A DNA stretch of 32,000 bases. It comes from Desulfotalea psychrophila LSv54 (GTDB taxonomy: Bacteria; Desulfobacterota; Desulfobulbia; Desulfobulbales; Desulfocapsaceae). The stretch covers positions 1,470,001-1,502,000 of the forward strand of contig NC_006138.1 of NCBI RefSeq assembly GCF_000025945.1. Direction: 5' to 3'. Positions 20,196-27,617 of the stretch are shown piece by piece; the stretch's first letter is position 1; each line of letters starts with the position of its first letter. The notes beneath the pieces are model-generated. The model was given only the letters and a program-made list of their open reading frames with translations. It was not told the DNA's origin and did not search any database. Both the position numbers and the translations under genes were made by a program.

Positions 20196-20605
20196 GAATA
20201 AACACATGCAAAAAGCCTAAAAACCAGAACATTGGCGCAATATACATTTGTATAAAGCCTCAAACATTCAGTAGTCGACCAATATACAAATGTATAAAGC
20301 CCGAAACACCCAGGAGTGGAGCAATATACAGATGTATAAAGCCTGAAACATCCAGGAGTGGAGCAATATACAAATGTATAAAGCCTCAAACATCCAGGAG
20401 TGGACCAATATGTAAATGTATAAAGCCTCAAACACCGAGGAAACACAATATGCAAATGTATAAAGCCTGAAACATCCAGAGTGGACAATATACAAATGTA
20501 TAAAGGGTGAAACTTGAGTCTCGACCAATGTACCCGTGCATAGGGTGAAAACTGCCGAGGTTGACCAATGTACGAATGTCGAGAGGCTTGAAAGATGGGG
20601 AATGG
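20196..20605. repeat. Degenerate tandem repeat array, period 42 bp then 40 bp, about 9-10 units
   Basis: CAAT(A/G)T anchors at 20238, 20280, 20322, 20364, 20406 (period 42), then 20446, 20486, 20526, 20566 (period 40). Consensus CAATATACAAATGTATAAAGCCTSAAACATCCAGGAGTGGAS. A degenerate unit is also visible at about 20196, and the last unit decays. Confidence 0.95.
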
Positions 20606-20834
20606 CTTATCTAGAGGATCTTATCTTAGGTGAGATGGAGGACTCTCTTCTTATTTATGCAACAAGGCCGCATTGGTGTTAAAGAATTGATTATCTTTTC
20701 AAATTCACACATATTTATTTTCCTGATGGATAATGCTCATTAAAGCTAACTCCTCATTAAGAGGCAAAAAATTGTTGGCCAAAATCAGCGAGGCACGAGC
20801 ATGGCCAACTGTTTTTGTCCTTTTGAATGACTTG

Positions 20835-21260
20835 TTATAAACCGTTTTCACGTGTGCTCATTAAAAAAGCCTTAAACCTAATAATGTTAGGAGTTTCATT
20901 GCGTTTCAGCATCGAATACTCTGTGAGAGCATCAGTTATAGCCATAAAAGAATCCAGTTTTAAGTTTAAATAGGCAAAACGATCTGCTTTATTATCCATG
21001 TGTTTAATAGAATTTTTCGGGCGCTTATCTTCTTTTTTGATAGCTGTTCTATTAATTTGTTCATCTATAAATTTAGCTGCTTGATCTAGTATCATAGTAG
21101 TAAAATCTTGCCCGCCGTTTATTCTTAGCCATTTACCATATATTTCTTGAGCAGCTCCAGCTAAATGCAGCGCCGAAAAATATTTTTGACCATCTAGATA
21201 TGATTCAATAGCACTCTCTAACATTTCATCTGCAATAGTTAATTTATCAAACTTTTCCAT
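20835..21260 (-). CDS. Uncharacterised 141-aa HEPN-like protein
   Basis: MEKFDKLTIADEMLESAIESYLDGQKYFSALHLAGAAQEIYGKWL... resembles small all-helical 'ALHLAGAAEEI' HEPN-like proteins. Contains RPKNSIKH, an Rx6H arrangement. Confidence 0.7.
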   Translation of the reverse strand: MEKFDKLTIADEMLESAIESYLDGQKYFSALHLAGAAQEIYGKWLRINGGQDFTTMILDQAAKFIDEQINRTAIKKEDKRPKNSIKHMDNKADRFAYLNLKLDSFMAITDALTEYSMLKRNETPNIIRFKAFLMSTRENGL

Positions 21261-21318
21261 GGGATTCCGATAGGTTTATAACGGCAGAAATCAGGCGCCG
21301 ACCAATGGATTTACCGCG

Positions 21319-22572
21319 TCAGCGCCCCATACCCCTTCCCGTTGCCTGAATTAATTTGTTGTGTGTTTTAGACCACTGACTTATTGTAAACTTAAGTCGC
21401 TCTAATAAATCATCATATGTAATGATGTCGATTACATTTTTGTATTTTCTTTTAATAACTTCAAAATCTTGCACCTGCTCATGTGTCATACCCTTTTTAC
21501 GACCCATAATTATAATGCCGCTTGGATTTGTTATTTTTATTTTGAAGTTCTCTGGCAATTCGTCTTTGTAGTGCTCTGTTAATTTTTCCTCTCCTTTTTT
21601 ACCCCATTTATTTAAATAGAAAATATACTTCTCAATTTGCATTACCGTACCAGAAAGTTCTCTTAGCGGTATGTAGTTGTCTCTATAAGTTCTTGTAGTA
21701 ACTATACACTTGTCGAAGGGCTTCTTTATTTCGATAATGTCTGTATTTCCGCTGGAATCTATTAGTAAATAGTCGATTTTTCGATCCGCTTTGTTATAGG
21801 TATCCCTGACAGGAGCTTCCTTGAATGCATGTATATATTTGGGATATAGCAGTAGTATAATTTGCAGCAATTCCTCCTGCCATTGAGCTTCAGTATAAGA
21901 AACTTCATCCTCAAGCATAGAATTAAGCTTTTCAGAAATGCTTGTAAATTTAATTAGTTCGAGATTTGAAAAATCATACTGAAGATTAGCTCCCTTTCTA
22001 CCATTTTTTTTATTTAAATATTGTTGATAACGTTCCTCATAGTCGTCATTAATTTCTATGTATGAAGATAAAACGCCACTGATCCTTGCTGAAACATATT
22101 TATTTAGTTCATTTGTATTGGGAAATGTTTTCAATAAACCATAATAAACCGGCATTGAGATCGCGTCTTCTTCGTCACCACCTATATAAATGGGACGATT
22201 TACCATGTTATCTATTTTGGGAAATATTGATATGTTACGTTCCGCGACAAAAAACCTACGTTCTAGTTTTATATCTTCATGCACATATAGATCGTGTTTT
22301 AAAGATAAAATATCCTTCGGGAAGCGATAGTATTCCCCATCCTTAACAGCAACTTCAAATTCAACTGGAGCCTCTTCGTCTTCTTTATTGAAAGCAGAAC
22401 TAAGATTCTTTTGGCTAAACTTGAAGACTTTACTAATTGTAACTCTGCCTGATTTATCCAATTCGTGATAGACCCAATTATGCGTGGGATAATCGCTTGA
22501 GTAGCAGAGTAAGATTTTGTTATCTAATTCCTTAAATTTAATCATATATTTGGGTTGCTCGCATTGAGACAT
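21319..22572 (-). CDS. sduA: Shedu-type antiphage defence protein (SduA, DUF4263-like PD-(D/E)XK nuclease)
   Basis: 417 aa. The C-terminal domain has ...EAQWQEELLQIILLLYPKYIHAFKEAPVRD...ADRKIDYLLIDSSGNTDIIEIKKPFDKCI. The D...EIK core and the following VMQIEKYIFYLNKW match the DUF4263/Shedu layout. The N-terminal half is divergent. Confidence 0.82.
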   Translation of the reverse strand: MSQCEQPKYMIKFKELDNKILLCYSSDYPTHNWVYHELDKSGRVTISKVFKFSQKNLSSAFNKEDEEAPVEFEVAVKDGEYYRFPKDILSLKHDLYVHEDIKLERRFFVAERNISIFPKIDNMVNRPIYIGGDEEDAISMPVYYGLLKTFPNTNELNKYVSARISGVLSSYIEINDDYEERYQQYLNKKNGRKGANLQYDFSNLELIKFTSISEKLNSMLEDEVSYTEAQWQEELLQIILLLYPKYIHAFKEAPVRDTYNKADRKIDYLLIDSSGNTDIIEIKKPFDKCIVTTRTYRDNYIPLRELSGTVMQIEKYIFYLNKWGKKGEEKLTEHYKDELPENFKIKITNPSGIIIMGRKKGMTHEQVQDFEVIKRKYKNVIDIITYDDLLERLKFTISQWSKTHNKLIQATGRGMGR

Positions 22573-22903
22573 AATGACCCGAGGTGAGCCACGAGATTGT
22601 TTTGTGATTTGGGCACCGTGTACAGGTCCTGGATTGAAAAATGGTCGCAGTCGCTTCCCTTATTGCTGGGGACTTAGCTCCGGGGCGACAAATTTTTCTT
22701 TAAAACTGCTGTTTATCTCCTCTGGTAACATAATGGAGGAGCAGATGGAAGACAAGCTTATTTCACTCCTGAGCCTAGCTTTAACTCTATGGAAAGTGGC
22801 AGAGTCTCTTATGGGGAGACCTCTACTCATTCGTAACGGAGAAAAGATGTTACTCTTCGAATATTAGATATTTATCCTGCTATAGCACTAAGGCAAACTC
22901 TTG

Positions 22904-23812
22904 CTACGATCGCCCCTTTTTATTAAGGGGGTAGCTGCTCTCTCGGTAAAAAATAAACATTCCAGAGGCAATGATGATGCCAGCGCCCAGCAGGGTTTGG
23001 GCACCAGGGAATTGCCCAAAAAGTAGCCAGCCAAGAATGGTGGCACTCACTATTTCGAGATATTGAAAGGGGGCAAGAACATTGGCATCTGCTTTGGTGA
23101 AGGCGATGGTTAAAAGTTGATGGGAGATAAGGGAGCTGGCGCCAACACCAAGAAAAAGGAGGGCAACCTCAGTCGTTGGCCAGGAGAGTTCAAAGAGCGG
23201 CAGTGAAAATGCATCTCCTAGTAAGGTTATGGGTAAAAGAAAGAGAGTTGCACCCATGCTTGCGTAGAACTGCATGGCGTTGACACTCTCTCCTCTTTTA
23301 CTCTGTTTTCTCGTTACAATAAGATATAGGGCAAAAAAGGTTGCGGTGAGAAAGGGGAGGATGGCGGTTGCACCAAAATTTGTGAAGCTGGGGCCGATGA
23401 TGAAGAGGGCGCCGGCAAAGCCAATCAAACAGGCTGTTATTCGTGCAATACCAATTTTTTCTTTAAGAAGTACGGCGGAAAAGAGGGTTAAGAGGAGGGG
23501 TTCTGCAAAGAAGATAGCAATGGCATCGGCCAGAGGCATTTGGGTAATTGCGGCGATAAAGCAAAGAGATGCCACTGCATTGAGAATACCTCGCAAAAAA
23601 TGGGTGGCCAGCAGAGGGAGCTTAGGGATTTTAAGTTCCCGGTAGGCAAAGGGAAAAAGCAGTGCACCCTGTAAAGAAAAACGGACTAAGGCAATTTCAC
23701 CGGGGGAAACATAGGCTGTCAGAACCTTACTTATGGCATCAATAACCGGAAGCAGCAAGGCTGCTGCTATCATAATAAGTAATCCTTTTTGCTGTGACTT
23801 TCTTTCCTCCAT
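22904..23812 (-). CDS. EamA/DMT family transporter
   Basis: 302 aa with about 10 hydrophobic segments; YVSPGEIALVRFSLQGALLFPFAYRE, ADAIAIFFAEPLLLTLFSAVLLKEKIG, and LAPFQYLEIVSATILGWLLFGQFP. Confidence 0.92.
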   Translation of the reverse strand: MEERKSQQKGLLIMIAAALLLPVIDAISKVLTAYVSPGEIALVRFSLQGALLFPFAYRELKIPKLPLLATHFLRGILNAVASLCFIAAITQMPLADAIAIFFAEPLLLTLFSAVLLKEKIGIARITACLIGFAGALFIIGPSFTNFGATAILPFLTATFFALYLIVTRKQSKRGESVNAMQFYASMGATLFLLPITLLGDAFSLPLFELSWPTTEVALLFLGVGASSLISHQLLTIAFTKADANVLAPFQYLEIVSATILGWLLFGQFPGAQTLLGAGIIIASGMFIFYRESSYPLNKKGRS

Positions 23813-23904
23813 GCCTCCTCCTTAAAAAGTAAATAGGAGGAGGGTACTGTAGGAGTAACGGATTCGCAACAGGAGAAAGTTGGTTAGTATGCTTTCGCCT
23901 CACT

Positions 23905-24681
23905 TTAGTAAATCTTGGCTTGGTCCTGTTGGGCCTGGCTATTTTTAGTTGCCGCTATGATAATTTCGTTAATGCTCTTGGCATAGGAAACATTTTTAGG
24001 AGCAGTCACCCTATCAAAGGATGTTCTATGCTCTGCTTGAGGATCATAGAAAAAGATATAATCGCTACCCTGGTTTTCCAGAAGGTCTGTCAGGACAATT
24101 TTAAGGTTACTGTTTTCTTTGTTGAGGGGGTCAACTCGGACAAAGGCTGTTCCCCATACCTGTCGTATCTGTTCAATCTCTTCGTCGGAAATATTCTCTG
24201 CTGCTGCTGTAGTGGTGATAAGGGCCGCGGAGCTGGATCTTTCTTTGCCTACTTTTATCTCGTCTCCAACCCTTATTTCGCCGCCCTCTTTGACAATGGC
24301 AAAAATACCTTCGCGGGGCATAACGCAATCACCTGCCTGATGGAAAATGGCGCATGGTTTGTGACAGATCTTGCCCAACTGGGAGATGATAAGTTTGCTC
24401 TTGCCAATTGTGAGATGGCTTCCCACGGGCAGGGCCGTAAGGTTTATTCCCGTTGTGGTGAGATTCTCTGCAAAATTACCTGCCACCACATCAAGTCCCT
24501 TTTCTCTCATGGAATCGATACTTTCCTGGGCGAGGAGGCTTACCTGGCGATGCCATCTGCCACCGTGGGCATCGTCTTGTAGGCCAAAGGCCTCAATAAG
24601 TTGAATGGAATGCACATTTTTTTTTCGAACACCCTTGCGATTACTTATGGAAATTGCTGAAATGATGGACATGATAGGCAC
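23905..24681 (-). CDS. MOSC domain protein with an extra C-terminal region
   Basis: N-terminal half: DAHGGRWHRQVSLLAQESIDSMR...VVAGNFAENLTTTGINLTALPVGSHLTIGKSKLIISQLGKICHKPCAIFHQAGDCVMPREGIFAIVKEGGEIRVGDEI. The remaining ~100 aa are not MOSC. Confidence 0.87.
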   Translation of the reverse strand: MPIMSIISAISISNRKGVRKKNVHSIQLIEAFGLQDDAHGGRWHRQVSLLAQESIDSMREKGLDVVAGNFAENLTTTGINLTALPVGSHLTIGKSKLIISQLGKICHKPCAIFHQAGDCVMPREGIFAIVKEGGEIRVGDEIKVGKERSSSAALITTTAAAENISDEEIEQIRQVWGTAFVRVDPLNKENSNLKIVLTDLLENQGSDYIFFYDPQAEHRTSFDRVTAPKNVSYAKSINEIIIAATKNSQAQQDQAKIY

Positions 24682-25003
24682 CTTTTGTGAGAAGAAGAGC
24701 TTACACCTCTTCTGAGGGTTTTTGAGAATTCGGCATTAGGAAATAAGGTATCTATTTTAGCTGTTTTTGCAAGAGGTGATGGGACTGAAGAGGGGATTTG
24801 TAAAAAAAATATGATGGTTCCAGGTCATGGAGGATAAAGGTTTTCGTAAAGATTGGGGGGGCAGGAGGTAGGAGTGGGTAAAATAGGCAATTATTATAAT
24901 CTCTTCTTTTGTATTTGGAAATAAAATTGTTGATTTTTATTTTTTCTCTGTCGAATTTGTTGCTAGAGACAATAACTCCCTAGTTATAGTTATATAAAAA
25001 GCC

Positions 25004-25009
25004 TATAAT
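25004..25009 (+). promoter_or_regulatory. Candidate -10 box (TATAAT) upstream of the universal stress protein gene
   Basis: TATAAT in an AT-rich stretch about 64 nt upstream of the ATG. No clear -35 element seen. Confidence 0.3.
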
Positions 25010-25072
25010 GAAGCATTAAGTTGAAACTGATTTTTGCTGATCAATAATAACAATTACAAGTGGAGACCTGTT

Positions 25073-25558
25073 ATGAGCATTATAAGAAATGTAGACTGTG
25101 TCGTTACCCCTATAGATTTTTCAGATAATTCTGAAATGATAGCAAAATCTGCAGCCTATATGGCGGGTAAATTTGGTGCATCATTACACCTTGTCTTTGT
25201 CGTACAGAATTTTGAAGATTATTCTGGTTTCTTTGTTCCTCAGATGTCAATGCCCAGTCTTGAAAATGAACTGCTTGAAGGTGCCATGAAGAAGATGGAG
25301 GCCTTTTGCGAAAAACTTCAACCAACCTTGGATGAAAGTGGTATTAGTGATGTGAAGAGTAAGGTTCTGACCGGCGATGTTGCCGAGCGCATTATTGAGT
25401 ACGCCGCAGGGGCAGATGCGGGCATGATTATTATGGGTACCCATGGCTATAAGGGACTTGAAAAGATTATGTTTGGTAGTGTGGCGGGTAAGGTTGTCCG
25501 TGCTGCCGGTTGCCCTGTCTTAACCATTAATCCCTATAAGTGCAGCATGAAAGAGTAG
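25073..25558 (+). CDS. Universal stress protein (UspA family)
   Basis: MSIIRNVDCVVTPIDFSDNSEMIAKSAAYMAGKFGASLHLVFV ... DAGMIIMGTHGYKGLEKIMFGSVAGKVVRAAGCPVLTI, with the G-X2-G-X9-G type nucleotide-binding motif. ORF track start is 25034; the ATG at 25073 is preferred. Confidence 0.95.
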   Translation: MSIIRNVDCVVTPIDFSDNSEMIAKSAAYMAGKFGASLHLVFVVQNFEDYSGFFVPQMSMPSLENELLEGAMKKMEAFCEKLQPTLDESGISDVKSKVLTGDVAERIIEYAAGADAGMIIMGTHGYKGLEKIMFGSVAGKVVRAAGCPVLTINPYKCSMKE

Positions 25559-25647
25559 TCCTACTTTGAGATGCAGGCAGTAAGGTTTGATGGCAAGGAG
25601 ATGCTCTTTTGAGTTCTCTTTGCTTTTTTTTTGTACAGAGGATAATT

Positions 25648-26121
25648 ATGACTCCAGGTGTGAAACAGGTAAAAAAAGCGGGGATGAGCTATAAACTCCA
25701 TGAGTATAAGCATGATGTGCGAGCAGAATCCTACGGGCTTGAGGCAGCAGAAAAACTTGGGGTTGCTGTGGAGAGGGTTTTTAAGACTCTGGTGGTGGAG
25801 GATGGGGATGGCAATATGGCCGTTGCCATTATTCCTGTCTCTTGTTCCCTTAACTTGAAAAAAATGGCCATGGCTCTGGGTGTTAAAAAAATAAATATGG
25901 CCGACAAGGTTCGGGTACAAAAGACAACGGGTTATGTTCTGGGTGGGGTAAGTCCTTTGGGACAAAAAAAGCGTCTGCCAACCGTACTGGAGAGTTCAGC
26001 CCGGGAGATTGCCACCATCTATGTCAGTGCCGGTAAGCGTGGCCTTGATATTGAGCTTGCCCCGGATGTACTTGTAACTCTGCTTGGGGCAGCCTTTGCA
26101 GACCTCTCGTCTAGCTCTTAG
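25648..26121 (+). CDS. ybaK: YbaK/EbsC-type Cys-tRNA(Pro) deacylase
   Basis: MTPGVKQVKKAGMSYKLHEYKHD...YGLEAAEKLGVAVERVFKTLVVE...KKINMADKVRVQKTTGYVLGGVSPLGQKKRLPTVLES. The ATG at 25648 is preferred over 25609. Confidence 0.93.
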   Translation: MTPGVKQVKKAGMSYKLHEYKHDVRAESYGLEAAEKLGVAVERVFKTLVVEDGDGNMAVAIIPVSCSLNLKKMAMALGVKKINMADKVRVQKTTGYVLGGVSPLGQKKRLPTVLESSAREIATIYVSAGKRGLDIELAPDVLVTLLGAAFADLSSSS

Positions 26122-27161
26122 TCCTCCTCACAAAAGAGAAGGAGGTGCCCCTGCGCACCTGTCTCTTTTCTCTTCTCCAGTAAACTGCCGCAACTTGCGT
26201 CCTCAAAGGAGTAGATATCGATACGTTTGCGTCCATACTTCTCACGGGGAAAGGCAACCTCTATTGCCGCATTCCACAGGGCGATGTCTTCATAGTTTTG
26301 ACCCTGAACTAGCGCCTCAATTCCTTCCAAGAGAGAGCTGTTCTCTTCCTTAAAGGCTGTGATCCTCTCAATGGATTCAAGGGACTCCCATCCCGTGATT
26401 GCAGGGAGAGCAATGGCGAAACTGGGCTTGATGAGGCTCTCTGTAAGGGTGTTATAGCTATCGAGCATTCTCTCTGCTGCATCTCTGTTATCGGTTATAA
26501 AGATGTCGATAGTCTTAAATCTCTCCTCACTCCTCTGGTAGAGTGTCTTCCAGGCCAGGAGGCGATTTTGTACTGCCCCTGAACCCTGACTGACCATGTT
26601 TTTCTCCAGTAGCTGCAGGTCGGCTAAGGGGTTTTCTTCCTCGTCGATGAACTCTCCGTGCAGGTTTTGGAGAAGTTCAAGCTCATATCCTTCCAGGAGG
26701 CTGAGGTTACGGCTGAGCTCCTCCTCTTCTCTTTCCAGCAGTTCTGCAAGTTTAAGTACCAGGCGTGCCTGCCAAATTTCGGTGCCTTCTTGAGATGTCA
26801 GGTCGTGCCCACCCAGCAGTGAAGAGATAATGTCTCCCCGTGACTCCGGATGAGCCTTGTTTTTTGCTGAGAGTGCGGCCAAGCTAAGGCTTGAAAGTTG
26901 GGCCGCATAATCATCTTTGCGTGTACCTATATCCCTTACAAGGTGTAAAAATCTTGCCCGATTATCACCAAGAGGGCAGGGAGTATATGCTTGACAGAAA
27001 TCATTTTTAATGAAACTATCGTTGAGATCTGTATCGTGACTGATGGTGCTATCCTCAATCGGTTGAAGCAGATAAATGGTAGCGGGAAGCAGGAACATGG
27101 GATACTGCCGCGCCGAATAGATGGCAGTTCCTGGAAAATATAAGGTCTTTAGAGCACACAT
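26118..27161 (-). CDS. Conserved-looking hypothetical protein (347 aa), highly helical
   Basis: Long ORF rich in Leu/Glu (LVLKLAELLEREEEELSRNLSLLEGYELELLQNLHGEFIDEEE). No recognised family. Confidence 0.75.
   Translation of the reverse strand: MCALKTLYFPGTAIYSARQYPMFLLPATIYLLQPIEDSTISHDTDLNDSFIKNDFCQAYTPCPLGDNRARFLHLVRDIGTRKDDYAAQLSSLSLAALSAKNKAHPESRGDIISSLLGGHDLTSQEGTEIWQARLVLKLAELLEREEEELSRNLSLLEGYELELLQNLHGEFIDEEENPLADLQLLEKNMVSQGSGAVQNRLLAWKTLYQRSEERFKTIDIFITDNRDAAERMLDSYNTLTESLIKPSFAIALPAITGWESLESIERITAFKEENSSLLEGIEALVQGQNYEDIALWNAAIEVAFPREKYGRKRIDIYSFEDASCGSLLEKRKETGAQGHLLLFCEED
26132..26169 (+). terminator. Possible terminator for ybaK inside the opposing gene
   Basis: AAAAGAGA-AGG-AGGTGC-CCCTGC-GCACCT-GT-CTCTTTT imperfect hairpin 11 nt after the ybaK stop, with only a short T run. 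Confidence 0.5.
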
Positions 27162-27470
27162 ATGAAAAGTCTCACCAATACGTTATCGTTTTATGCTTCG
27201 ATTGTTGTTTATTTGATCTTTAACCTTCGTCTGCAGGGGAATGGTGCAGGAGGAATCGATGCACTTTCTAGTTTTCAGGCCACGGCTCTGCAGATTGGGC
27301 AGACAGCACCATATATTGCAGGGTTTACATATTTTATTATTGCCATTTTACAGTATATGTCAGGGGGGGACAAGGTACCCTGGGATCGCAGAGTGCGGCT
27401 TTTTATGGCCCTTGGTATTCTCGGTGGTCTGTTTATGGGCATTTATGAATATGCAGGTGTTATTGAATAG
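27162..27470 (+). CDS. Small (102 aa) predicted membrane protein
   Basis: Three hydrophobic segments (TLSFYASIVVYLIFNL, APYIAGFTYFIIAILQYM, LFMALGILGGLFMGIYEYAGV). The start abuts the divergent 347-aa gene. Confidence 0.65.
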   Translation: MKSLTNTLSFYASIVVYLIFNLRLQGNGAGGIDALSSFQATALQIGQTAPYIAGFTYFIIAILQYMSGGDKVPWDRRVRLFMALGILGGLFMGIYEYAGVIE

Positions 27471-27617
27471 ACTGATTGTACCTGCCTAATTCTGTTCTGT
27501 AAATGAACAAAGTTTCTTTTTTTCAGAGGTTTATTTCTTACATTTTTTCGGCCCCTTCCTGCTCTTGTGAGAGAGGTAAGGGGTTTTGTCTCTTGTAGCT
27601 CCTATTAAGGGTGTCCC

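Noticed and set aside
20196-20605. CRISPR array
   Set aside because: Similarity runs across the entire 40-42 bp unit, not constant repeats alternating with unique spacers. The units decay together at the ends and no cas genes are present.
22574-22867. Plus-strand 97-aa ORF between Shedu and EamA
   Set aside because: No convincing RBS or recognisable domain. Unusual composition and antisense to a probable promoter region.
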